A DNA stretch of 64,000 nt from Octopus vulgaris. Taxonomy: Eukaryota. Location of the stretch: the NCBI GenBank assembly GCA_951406725.2, contig OX597819.1, positions 24,862,001 to 24,926,000 of the forward strand, in the 5' to 3' direction. Positions 38,878 through 50,834 of the stretch are shown piece by piece; positions within the stretch are counted from its first letter, which is position 1, and each line of letters opens with the position of its first letter. The notes beneath the pieces were generated by a model, which did not search any database, had not been told where the DNA came from, and worked only from the letters and a program-made list of their open reading frames with translations. A program made the translations under genes and the position numbers.

Positions 38878-39124
38878 CATCATCATCATCATTTAACGTC
38901 CGTTCTCCATGCTAGCATGGGTTAGACGGTTCGACCGGGGATCTGGGAAGCCAGAAGGCTGCACCAGGCTCCGGTCTTATCTGGCAATGTTTCTACAGCT
39001 GGATGCCCTTCCTAACGCCAACCACTCCGTGAGTGTAGTGGGTGCTTTTTACGTGCCACCTGCACTGGTGCCAGGTGAGGCTGGCATCGGCCACGGTCGG
39101 ATTGGTGCATTTTACGTGCCACCT
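38878..39124 (-). mobile_element. RTE LINE 3'-UTR fragment
   Basis: catcatcatttaacgtccgttctccatgctagcatggg..., same family as 51494-52199. Confidence 0.85.
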
Positions 39125-39289
39125 CTCTATATATTTAGCTTTTCTCTCTTGCTCTATATTAACTCTTCTCTCTCTTTCTATTTCACTAGCTTTTAACCTT
39201 CTCAGGCTGTAGTCTTCATCTCTCTCTAGCAATGATTTTGTCTGTCAGATTTTATCATCTATTTATAATCTTTCTTTTTCATTTTCCAG

Positions 39290-39351
39290 ATTACCACTTG
39301 GATTTTACAATGTTACTTTATTTATACCGGAACATTACATAAAATCAACAA
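39290..39351 (+). other. Candidate 62-bp host exon
   Basis: Acceptor tttctttttcattttccag, donor gtaagt; one frame reads LPLGFYNVTLFIPEHYIKST. Splice-signal evidence only. Confidence 0.3.
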
Positions 39352-41153
39352 GTAAGTATATTTTGATTTTGGCTAAATATATCTATGAATGATTGGCCCA
39401 GAATGCTTGTGACAAGGTTTCAATACTGGGCAATGGCTCTGCAGCTGAATATCACTGCCTTTGTACCACCACTCAGTCATCCTCCACCACAAAAATAAAA
39501 CAAATTTACAAATGTGAGAAAGATAAACAGATGAATCTTTTTTCTTCCTTTTTGAGATGTGAACTTTAAAATAATTGAGTTTGTGTGTATATATGTGTGT
39601 GTGAGTGTTCTGATGTTATTGTATTGATGTTTATCAACTATTTTTGCAGTAGAGTTGTGTCATCTGAGAGAGAGAGAGAGAAAGAGAGAGGGAGAGAGGG
39701 AGGGAGAGAGAGAGACAGAGAGAAAACATGCATGCATGCACACACCCATGTGTACTTTCTAACTTGGTAGTAAGTTTATAATAATTTACCATAAGGTTAT
39801 ATTGCACTTCATTTAAGTACTGAACTGATTGTATGTGCATGTGTGCAAGTGTATGCATACATACACACACATACACACAAAACAAATGGGTCTTTGTTTT
39901 CAATGATGAGTATTTAGTTGTTTCTACTGGATCATTAAATTGAGCAACAAAGGTGGATCTTCAGATTTGTTGTACAATCCATCTGCATCCGTATTCACTC
40001 ACAAGGCATGGGCCAGCTTGAGGCTATGGTAAAAGACCCTCAAAATGCCACATGATAGGATCAAATGTGAGAGCATGTGATTGTGAAGCAAGCTTCTAAC
40101 TATTTGGCCACATTACATCTACATATATGCATGCATACATACAGAAATGCATTCACACATACATACATACATACATACATACATACATACATAAATGCAT
40201 TCATACATGCATGCATATATATGCATACATACATTCATTCATTCATTCATTTGAATGCATATTTATTGTGATAAGTACCAGTCTAGCACAGAGAACAATT
40301 TGATTATCACTCACTCCAAATTTGTAGCCTTATTTTTTTTTTCTGCTGATATTGTGGCATTCATGTTCCTGCAGGACATTGAGGTCACATCACTCTCAAC
40401 GGCTTGAGAGATCCTGCAAAGATCATGACCACAGTTTCTCCTCCTCTGACTAACATTTCGAAAACAAAAATCAAACGAAAACAAAGATACTATGGAGTAT
40501 TTTGTGGAATCATATTAAAGAAAAGTATACAAAAAATATAAAATAATATCTAATTCTCAACAAAATAATTTTGAATCTCCACTGTGCAACAACAGTCAAC
40601 AAGAAAATGTTATCTTCTACTGAAAACTTACCTGTTGAATAAAGTCTGTTAACAGGTGTTTTGTCTAGAAAGCACCTTTAATTAGCCCAAATATTTCTCT
40701 ATTATTATTGATGTTGTTGAGCCCCAAATCAGCATGGACCAAACAGAGCTATGATCAATGGCATTCCAGCCATGATCATCTCATCATTTTTGTATGACAT
40801 GGACCATGAAACAGTATGGTGTGGATTGAAGAATTATTGATTACTATTTTGAAGCAGATCAAGTGATTGATTCCTTCACCGACTTGTATGGCTGCTGTGT
40901 TTTCTTGCAATCAGAATTTATTTGGCAAATTGTTTAAGGACAAATATATGCTTCTTACCATACATATATGTGTGTGTGTGTGTGTGTTTGTGCATATGAG
41001 TGTATGTGTGTGCATGTATATACTTGAAAGGTGTTAATGACAGGAGAAAGGGCATTTTTTGTGAAACAAAGCTTCAATGATATATTTGTTTAACTCAGGT
41101 TTCCATGCAAAGCTAGGAGTAAAAAAAAAAAAAAAAAAATTATATATACATAA

Positions 41154-41215
41154 ATGGCGGTGCCCCAGCATGGCCACAGCTCATTAGCTGAAACTGGAAA
41201 ATCAAAATCAAAAAT
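41154..41215 (+). mobile_element. Extreme 3' end of a CR1-like LINE or SINE A-type tail
   Basis: atggcggtgccccagcatggccacagctcattagctgaaactgg followed by (aaaatc)n. Confidence 0.6.
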
Positions 41216-41380
41216 CATATAATGTAGCTTAGTGAATACACTCTTTCCTGAAATACTGTGTCTATGTTATTAGAATATGAATAAACCTAATTATGCCTTG
41301 AGTTGAACATCAAGCTCTTTCCCACAAATTACTGTGACCACCAGGTCAGACAGAATTTTCTCTCTCTCCCTTTATATACA

Positions 41381-41831
41381 CGAGCAAAACGCTCCCACCC
41401 CCACCCCGTCCAATGGACGGTGCTGAGTTGTCAAACATTTAAACCAACTTTTCTCAAAACAACTTGTCCGACCATCCCATAGGCCTCCCGTTTGAGAAAC
41501 ACTGATTTAACCTAAATTTGAGACACCAGCAAAAGAAGAAATAAAGATAGACTTTAGCTGGCTTTTTTTGCGCAAACTGCACGTGCATTTTTCTCATGTA
41601 CGCGTAGTATTGTTCGCAACAGCTGATGTACTTGCACGTACAAATGCATGTTCCCACGGCTTTATTGATCGCATTCTCACCTGGAATCGATTTTTTTAAT
41701 GTTTTCAAGACTTATACATGCCCTGATACCGTTAGTATCTACATATCAAATTTGAGCGCAATCGGATGGAGGATGCCCAAGATCCTAGAAGACACACACA
41801 CAGTCAGACAGAACGGATTTTATATAATAGA
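41381..41831 (-). mobile_element. Non-autonomous Helitron
   Basis: Minus strand starts TCTATTATATAAAA followed by a microsatellite; 3' hairpin ccgtcca-t-tggacgg; ends CTCG|T (degenerate CTAG). Confidence 0.7.
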
Positions 41832-41844
41832 TATGTATATATAT

Positions 41845-42062
41845 ATAACGGGAAGCTTTATGAAAATAAACAAAAGACGAAGGCAGGTGGAATACAAACA
41901 AACAATTGTATTAGTATGGCACTCAGGAATATAAATAAAACAAGTGTTTTACGTTTCGAGCCTACGCTCTTCAACAGAAAGATACACAGAAAAGAAACAC
42001 GGAGAGAAACAAGGAGAGAAAAAAATGCGTGCAGAAGCTAGCGAATCAACATGGCGATCTGA
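41845..42062 (-). mobile_element. Short Penelope-like insertion in (TA)n with a hammerhead-like motif
   Basis: Minus strand ~41985-41945 reads TCTTT-CTGTTGA-A-GAGC(gtag)GCTC-GAAA-CG-TA-AAAC; related to 62543-62745. Confidence 0.65.
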
Positions 42063-42075
42063 ATATATATATATG

Positions 42076-42107
<32 letters not shown>

Positions 42108-42981
42108 CATGCATACACATATACTCATGTATACTCACACACATACATGTATATGTGTATATGCATACACATATGCACAACACTTACAGCATTAGAACTT
42201 AATGACTACAAAGCTGTAGTCGAAGCAAGACAGGTGTAGGTGTTGTTTTTTAGTTTGGGTTCTTGGCTGGCTTGTTGGTTTGTTTATGAAAGCCAATTTA
42301 TCTTATAAATAAACCAACCATGGTTGAAAGAAAGCAATGTTCTCTCAATAAATAGCTTCTTGTTACTTATTTCATTCTAATCTTGCTTTATCATTCTCTT
42401 TCTCACTATCTTTAGATACCTGACTCTTTCACCTCTCCCCCATATCTTCTTTTCCTGTCTATTGCTTGCTCCTCCTCCTGCTCTCTCTCTCTCTCCCTTG
42501 GCTCTCTCTTTCTTTGTCTCCCTCCTCAAGCTCTCCTTTCTTTCTTTTTTCTCTTTTGTCCTCCTAAACTTTCTCACCCTTCCTATCTCACCCCCTTTTT
42601 TTTCCCCCTCTCATTCTGCCTTTACACACAAAGGTATTATACATACTATTGAGTCTTAGGGAAATATTTCATAGGCATGCTCACCTGTGTGTGTATATGT
42701 GTGTGCATACATGCATATACTCACAAATGTACACAGTAACATAGTCCACACATCTGCACACAACACACACATGTACACATACAAATATATGCACGTATAC
42801 ACACACACACACACACATGTATGCATACGCATGTATACACTCATATGTACACACACACACACGTATATTTGCACACACACACACACACACTAAAGTGTAC
42901 ATATGAGGGTCTTTGCGTATGAGTGATTATACATTTTTTATTGTGTATCTGTGTGTGTGTATGTATGTATGTAAATAAATG

Positions 42982-43023
<42 letters not shown>

Positions 43024-43037
43024 ATGTAGTTTGTGTA

Positions 43038-43069
<32 letters not shown>

Positions 43070-43529
43070 AAATGTAGTTCGTGTATATATATATATACAT
43101 ATATATATATATAAAATGTAGTTTGTGTATGTATACCTACATATAAGTGTATACCTACTAATGGGTGTATTTCTGCTAAGGTATAAAGTGTTATAAATTA
43201 TTCTGAAATCCTGAAGTCACACAGAGCAAGCTGCCACTGGCCTGTTGTCTTGCTAAATAACTTGCATGTTTAACATTTCTGATGTAACTTCTATACAGTG
43301 CCTGGTTAGAAAACAATTTAGGAAAGAAAGGAGAAATAAAAAAATAGAAAAGCTTCTCCTATTCAAGTTTTAGATAAGCTACACAGTTATGTTGTGTTGT
43401 TGAATGTTATGTTGATGAAATATTTGAAATTTATCTCTGGTTGTTTGATTTGGTTTAACAAAAACTAAGTTACTTATCTTTGGTGATGTATTCTTTCATA
43501 AGGTACATTACTCTATTATAGCCAGGTTA

Positions 43530-43915
43530 AGGCATGGTTGTGTGGTTAAGAAGTTTGCTTTATAACCATGTGATTTTAAGTTCAGTCCCACTGTATGGCA
43601 CCTTGAGGGAGTTTCTTCTTTTATAGCTAGTGACTGACTTATGTCTTGTGAATCAATTTAGTAGACAGAAAATGTGTAGAAGCCTATATACAAACTCTAG
43701 GCTGTCTGTGTATGTATACACCTCTCCAGCTTGGTGTTGGCTTTAGTCCTTGTAGCTTACTGGTTTAGTAAAAAAGATGACCTATAGAATATGTACCAGA
43801 CCTTAGAAGAAAAGTACTTGAGCTGATTTGTTTGACTAAGCTCTTCAAGGCAATATTCATTGCATGGTTGGATCACAGTCCTGTGACCGAAACAAGTAAA
43901 AGATTAAAAAAGTAA
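43530..43915 (+). mobile_element. SINE family A, old
   Basis: ggcatggttgtgtggttaagaag...ttcagtcccactgtatggcaccttg...gaaacaagtaaaaga. Confidence 0.75.
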
Positions 43916-44399
43916 AAGAATAAGGAATCTTGTACTTCAGTTTTCTCTCTAATCAAGGACAATATTCAATTAAAAACCCTGTGTTCTTTCAGCTGGTGAG
44001 TCTCACAATCTCTGGTGATCTTACCTCTTGGAACCCCCACACATGTGACATAGAATATTGCTAAACTTGTATCCCCAAACACTGGGGTTCCTCTTGAGAG
44101 TGAAAAGAATTCTTCATGTTTAATCAGTTTCTGATCCTTTACAAAGTTTAAGTAAAATCTATAAAAGAGTGCTGCTCACATATCTATGGGCTGCTGCTGC
44201 TGCTACTACTACTACTACTACTAGATCATGTTTTTTTTTTTATTTTTTTAGTTTGGAAGAGGAGGCAGTATTAGTATTCATAACCTCAACAGGCCCTCTA
44301 TTTTTTAAAGAAAAGGATTACAATGAAGGAATTGACTCTCAGTATCTTCTCCATGTTTATGGAGTATGTTCAAAACTGTACTATGTTCAAAACTGAGTT

Positions 44400-44985
44400 G
44401 GAAAAAGGAGTTGTTGGCATATAGGAGTTTTTGCAGATGGCCAGTCTTGGACTCCTCTGTTATGACTTGCAGAACTACAAGAAATAGGTGGGGGATGAGA
44501 ACTGAGCTCTGATGAACACCTACAGCATACTGAATTCCTTATTGAACTTGTTGATAACTCTCCTCTTACTGACAACAATCCTTCCGTACATGACTTGCAC
44601 AGCTTTCATAAGGGATTTTTTCTGCCTCCATATTCTTAGTAACCACTAAATTAGAGAGTATGGCTTAGTAACCACTAAATTAGAGAGTATGGAATCCTGT
44701 CAAATGCCTTCTCTGTCAACAAATGCTAATTATTACCATCTCACTCTTAAGCTAAGAGCAGCTTCTGAAGTCGTCTCACTAAGAAGAGAGCATCTGTAGT
44801 ATCTTGTGCTGGCATTAACTCACACTATATCTCATCTAAACTAATTCTTTACCTAATTAGCTGTTTTATAATTCTTTTGGCTACTTTCATAACTCTGTAT
44901 ATTAACTTGATGCGCCTGTGGTTGCATCTTTGTAGAGCGTCTCCAAAGCCTTTGTTAGAATTGATAGTGATATTTGAACTGCCAA
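44400..44985 (-). mobile_element. Decayed RTE-clade reverse transcriptase fragment
   Basis: Minus-strand translation with stops and frameshifts: KGFGDALQRCNHRRIKLI...TTDALFLVRRLQ...AFVD(x)EKAFDRIP...GVHQSSVLIPHLF...LLYANN (YADD box); 29-bp tandem duplication at 44635-44692. Confidence 0.85.
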
Positions 44986-45954
44986 CCTCTTTGTTGGTTT
45001 GTCCAGTACCTTATTGACTGGACCATCTGCACCAATTGTTCCACAAAGGTGATAGAAGGTTGTTCTGAATTAACTGACTTCATTAATTATGCGGGTATTC
45101 ATATCATTGTTGTTTTTTTTTTGTTTAATTGTGATGAAAAGCAAGATTTGTATTCAGAAAGGTGAGATACTGAACTAAATATTGTGAAGGATTCTATTCT
45201 GCCACTTTCTTGTGTATATATTTATGTGAGTATATGTAGACACACACACACACACACACACTACAAATTTAGGTTAGATAATACACATTACATTCATTCA
45301 TATGATACTGGTTGATAAATTTACACACACACACAAACACACTCACACACACAAATAAGTAAAAAACAGAAAAACCTGTGTAGACACATACCCTTACATT
45401 CACAGAGTTGTAGATAGATTTGTAGACACATTCATACATTCACCTGTACATTCATATATATACATTCATTAGTATAGTCACACACGTACATCTGTACATT
45501 CATACAAGCATACATACATACATAAAATGTAACCTTAGACATTCTAGCCATGAACCACACCCCCTAATGACGTTGCACTAATTTTCAACTCCACCCTCGT
45601 CACCATGTATACTACGCCACAGTAGTCCTTTCACCTTTCCTGTTGAAATTCATTGTAATGTGTTAAATAGTTTGTGTCTATTCATTTATTTATTTTCTTC
45701 TCTTGACTGCATGACTTCAAACAAACATAGCCAGTCTTCTTTTGAAGCAATCTTTCTCGCTCGTTCGCTCTTTCACCCGATCACATTCTCAGTCGCGCAT
45801 ATTCTCTCTAAATGTATTTATCATTTTTATATCTTTTTTTTCCTTCTACAATTGAGTAAAGGTGGGGTTTTGTAGCCTGAGTTAACTTATGAACAACAGT
45901 AGCACTGTTCTTCCTTTTTTTACAAAGATGGTGATGATGATAATGACAATAATC

Positions 45955-46168
45955 ATTTCTAGTAATAGGCACAAGGCCTGAAACTTGGGGGAGGGGGTAA
46001 GTCGATTATATCGACCCCAGTACTCAACTGGTACTTAATTTATCAACCCTAAAAGGATGGAAGGCAAAGTCGACCTTAGTGGAATTTGAACTCAGAATGT
46101 AGTGACGGGCAAAATACCACTAAGCATTTTGCCCAGTATGCTAACGATTCTGCCAGCTTGCCACCTGG
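45955..46168 (-). mobile_element. SINE family B, tail type B2
   Basis: Full reverse-complement copy bounded by (TAA)n-like runs. Confidence 0.85.
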
Positions 46169-46327
46169 AATAATAATAATAATAATAATAATAATATCAA
46201 TATTATTTGCTTCAGCTTCCATTTAATTTAAATTGCATTTGTTGTCATTAGAATAAATGCTAATTCATCTGAAATTGCGTGTTTGTTATTTGAATATTAT
46301 ACATACGTTGATATATATATATATATA

Positions 46328-46728
46328 TCTTTATATATAAAAGTGAAGTTGTGTGTCTGTCTCCTACGATTTAGATTCCTAACTACTCCCACATTTTGCG
46401 GTGCAGTTTAACCAAAAGCGGGTATCTTATAGTCGTGATTCATATCAAGCCCTTCTGGGTATTAGCGCGCGTCTACGATGAGTCTACGATTTAAAAAAAA
46501 TTTACCATCATTTTTTTCCATTTTAATGCATTTTTTCGCTATTATATGAGGGAAGTAACTCTCTAAAAATGTCTACGATGAGTCAACGATTTAAAAAAAA
46601 ATTTACCAGAATTTTTTTTCTATTTTTAATGCATTTTTTTTGCTATTATATAAGGGAAGTAACTCTCTAAAAATGCTTATATTGTTATTTCCCTTACAAA
46701 CCTGAGCAACGCCGGGCGATACTGCTAG
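46328..46728 (+). mobile_element. Non-autonomous Helitron sharing its 3' end with 32689-33076
   Basis: A|TC...CTAG|T inside (TA)n; hairpin cctgagcaacgccggg; internal ~100-bp tandem duplication at 46471-46570 and 46571-46674. Confidence 0.85.
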
Positions 46729-46740
46729 TATATATATATA

Positions 46741-47088
46741 GGGTAAAGAGTAAAGATTCCCGTTGGTCATGAATGACCATGGGATTTGCACGTAGAAAGT
46801 TACCCTCCGTGGTATAAGTCTGAGCAAGACTGTTTATGGAAGACCAGCAGTTGTCCATGCATACCAGCCTCACCTCCCCATGCCACCAATGTTATCCAAG
46901 AGAAAGGGAAAGTCCAATACAGCTTGGCACCAATGACATCACAACTCATTTCTACAGCTAAGTGAACTGGAGTAACATGGAATAGAGTGTCTTGCTCAAG
47001 AACACAACATGCAGCCTGGTCCAGGAATTGAACTCACTACCTCATGATTGTGAGCCTGATGCTCTAACCACTGAGTAATGTGTCTTCA
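46741..47088 (-). mobile_element. SINE family D
   Basis: Reverse complement of 31958-32270. Confidence 0.8.
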
Positions 47089-47535
47089 CACACACACTCA
47101 TGCGCGCGTGCAAACATAGACATACACACACACGCACACACACACATACCATTGTTGAATAACTCTTTGTTTTTTGTTTTTTTTACTTGCTAAATTTTCT
47201 TTCTCTCTCTCTCTTGTATGTCTCTTTCTCTGTTTCACCCTTTCATGATTTTGCTCTTTCACTCTTCATTCTGCACATTCACTTCTCAAAGTTTGAGGCT
47301 TGCACTGAATATCTAAACAGCCAATATCGATCAATATATAAATGACATTAACAATTTGGTAATCATATTTCTAACGAAATACACTATGTTTAAAGTAATC
47401 AATACAAAGAAAGTATTTAGTAAAATAATTAACTTCCTTTATTATAATTAAGTTTGTAAAAGTAATAGGTTTGCAGAATTGTTAGAATTTCTTTCAAAAT
47501 TCCTTGCGGTATATTCTTTTGGCTCAATACATTCT

Positions 47536-47724
47536 GTAATACAGTTCTATATTTAAGAGATGAGAAATTATGTACATTATTTACATTTGATGGATATTTG
47601 TCCTCATCTTGTTTGTTGTTAACACTATGTCTCGGCTGATACACTCTTCAGCCTTCATCAGGCATCTTGGGGAAATTTCGAACCTGGGTTCTCATTTCTA
47701 AGATATTTTTCGATATTATTATTA

Positions 47725-47763
<39 letters not shown>

Positions 47764-47891
47764 TCACTGCCTGGAATCAAACTCGGAATCTTGGGGTTAG
47801 TAGCCCGTGCTCTTAATCACTATGCCATATGTCCATGGGCTTATATACCTTAGGAATGAGAACCCAGGTTCGAAATTTCTCCAATACACCT
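47536..47891 (-). mobile_element. tRNA-headed element with hammerhead-type tail and inverted 5' segment (Penelope-type architecture)
   Basis: Minus strand: A/B boxes (47835-47762), (AAT)n, CTGATGAAGGCTG...CAGCCGAGAC, then a tail shared with 19901-20010; ~45-bp inverted repeat at 47661-47706 and 47845-47890. Confidence 0.7.
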
Positions 47892-48296
47892 TGGTATGGT
47901 TTCTACAGATGGATGCCCTTCCAAATGCCAATCACTTTACAATGTAGACTAGATGCTTTTAAAAAATAAGGATCCCACAAATGAAACTTAATGCTTTTGA
48001 TACCAGCTTTCCTGGAGCTTTTTCTGGTTCTGTGATACAAAATCCACACATTCTAAAGTACTCATATCTTAAATTAAAACCCACTGTCATAATTTTATGT
48101 AAAAAAACTTTTATTATGATCCACACTTGCATAATCAAGGAAAAATTATTTTACTAAATCTTACAAAAATTTTGATTATTTAAAAAAAAAATTTGAAACC
48201 AATAGAAATAGATTGACAAAAGAGTCAAATTATATAGTTATCCTTTATCAGGCAACTGTATTACTAATTAGACCATGCTTAACTGGTTAATTTGCA

Positions 48297-48446
48297 TTCC
48301 TTCCTTCCTTTCTTTCTTTCTTTCTTTGATATACTCCCTCCTTCCCTCCTTCCTTCCTTTCCTTTCTTTCTTTCTTTCTTTCTTCCTTCCTTCCTTCCTT
48401 CTTTTCTTTCTTTCTTTCTTTGATATACTCTCTCCCTCCTTCCTTC

Positions 48447-48479
<33 letters not shown>

Positions 48480-48795
48480 TTTCTTCCTTTCTTTCTTTCT
48501 TCCTTCCTTCTTTTCTTTCTTCCTTCCTTCCTTTCTTTGATATACTCCCTCCCTCCTTCCTTTCTTTCTTTCTTCCTTCCTTTCTTTCTTTCTTTGATAT
48601 ACCCCCTCCCTCCTTCCTTTCTTTCTTTGATATACTTCCTTTCTTCCTTCCTTCTTTTCTTTTCTTTCTTTCTTTCTTTCTTTGATATACTCCCTCCCTC
48701 CTTCCTTTCTTTCTTTCTTTGTTCCTTCCTTCCTTCCTTCCTTTTCTTTCTTTCTTTGATATACTCCTTCCTTCCTTTCTTTCTTCCTTTCTTTT
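48297..48795. repeat. Polypyrimidine (TTTC/TTCC)n tract with recurring TTTGATATAC anchors
   Basis: Directly visible; anchors near 48325, 48418, 48536, 48593, 48626, 48681 and 48755. Confidence 0.9.
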
Positions 48796-48885
48796 ACTTT
48801 ATTTTAACTCAAGTTTTCAATCCTTGACAGTAGCATCTCCTCTGCTTCTCCTAATTTAGCAACAACCATCCAGAACTCCCTAATT

Positions 48886-49125
48886 GAAGGTGCATGGCCA
48901 AGTAGGTATGGTGCTGCACTTATGATTTTAAGACTATAGTCTTGATTCCTGGGTTGGGCGGTGCATTGTGTTTATGAGCGAAACATTTCATTTTACATTG
49001 CCCCAGTCCAGTCAGCTGTAAATGAGTAACCCCGCAATGGACTAGCCTGTTCAGGAGGAAATGTGATTTCAGTCATATATATGCCATAGAAACATGGTAA
49101 CTGGCCCTATGAATCTTGGGACACA
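48886..49125 (+). mobile_element. tRNA-derived SINE (D-like head, V-like 3' part), decayed
   Basis: gaaggtgcatggccaagtagg...gagtaaccccgcaatggactagcc...gccatagaaac; a related copy lies at 49898-50142 (minus). Confidence 0.65.
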
Positions 49126-49673
49126 AGAAGTAATGTCCAGAACCAACTGATCTGGTGACCTTTATGAATGTTCAACATTCAATAAATGTTTTCAATGAGG
49201 ATTAACTCTCACCAATATGGACAATTTGCTATAAATCTTAGCCCCTAATAGTGCTAATATAAATTTGATATATATATTAAAACCTTATACCTATACAAAC
49301 ATTAAATTTATATTAAAAAAAGATCAACAGTAGATTGTGGATTATCGTGTGTGTGTGTGTGTGTAATACTTGTATGCATACACATGAACATATATGCTGG
49401 ATTTTATTTTTCAAACTCTTTCAGATGTGCCGAAATTTGTTAAAATTATGATATAGAATTCATGCATACTTCAAAATAAGCTGGCGGCAAACTCTCTGAG
49501 GATCAATTACAATTTGAGTGTTATATTTTATATTATCATTGTGGTACTACACCCCCTGAGAGAGTTAGACAATGCCATATATTAAAGTAATAATGATGCA
49601 TAAAAGTTTGAAGAATAAAAATATATATGAATGACTTGATTTAATAATCTGTTTCAGATACTTGCACTTCTTT

Positions 49674-49730
<57 letters not shown>

Positions 49731-49897
49731 ATACCTTGTAAATGAGAAATAAGAGTGAACGAATATATACGGAGGAATAGAGGTGGAGAGAGAGATTGGG
49801 GTAAGTCAGTGGGAGTTGTGTGGGTGAAGTCAATGGGAGAAGTTTTGGAGGTGGTGTGAGTAGTGTGGAAATTAGATGTAAAGTCAAAAAGTTAAGT

Positions 49898-50142
49898 TAC
49901 CTTCTCGAGTCATGCTGACTAATAAGGGCTGGTTTCTCAGTTTCCATGGCGTATAAATTCTCCACTTGGACGGGATGCTAGCCCATCACAGAATTACTCA
50001 TTTTTGTCAGCTGAGTGGACTGAAGCAATGTGAAATGAAATGTATTGCTCAAGAACACAATGCGACAGCCAGTCCTGGAATCAAAAGCACAGTCTTAAGA
50101 TCATGAGTCCAACACCCCAACCACTAAGCCATGCACCTCCAT
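49898..50142 (-). mobile_element. tRNA-derived SINE, same family as 48886-49125
   Basis: Minus-strand head ggaggtgcatggcttagtggtt and gatgggctagcatcccgtccaag. Confidence 0.65.
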
Positions 50143-50338
50143 AGGGAGATTAGATAATGAGGGAGGAAATGAAGTATGGGGACAGGGTGGCCAAAATTTG
50201 AAACAAGGACAAGGTTAGATGAAACAGGAGGGAAGTGGTGAGGTTGGATAAGTCTGAGACAAGTGAGTAAGAGAATAAAGGAAGTGACGGATAAAAGCAG
50301 AACCAAAATACTATAGGCAGTGTACAGAAATTATTTAA

Positions 50339-50834
50339 CCCTTTAGCATTCAAAGAGTTTGAAAAATAAAAACCAGCATATATGTTCATGCGTATGCATA
50401 CAAGTATTACACACACACACGATAATCCACAATCCACTGTTGATCTTTTTTTAATAAGAATTTAATGTTTGTATAGGTATAAGGTTTTAATATATATATT
50501 AAATTTATATTAGCACTATTAGGGGCTAAGATTTATAGCAAATTGACCATATTGGTGAGAGTTAATTCTCATTGAAAACGTTTATTGAATGTTGAACATT
50601 CATAAAGGTCACCAGATCAGTTGGTTCTGGACATTACTTCTTGTAATGAATATTTGATGTATTTTATGTTCAAACAGGTCAGATCTGGCCTCTCACACCT
50701 ACCCTACAGTGTCATTCTAAACATAGACAATCACATCATCAAAATCACGAAGCTATGAGATAATGCAGAATTAATTTGAAATAATGTGGATAAATAAGCG
50801 CTACAATTGATGAATTATTGTGAATGCTAAAGGG
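50339..50834. mobile_element. piggyBac-like MITE carrying captured local DNA
   Basis: TTAA flanks at 50335-50338 and 50835-50838; 14-bp TIR ccctttagcattca; 50352-50644 is the inverted copy of 49123-49421. Confidence 0.85.

Noticed and set aside
40620-40700. Minus-strand CAG|GTAAGT donor-like site
   Set aside because: No convincing upstream acceptor or reading frame; such motifs occur by chance at this length.
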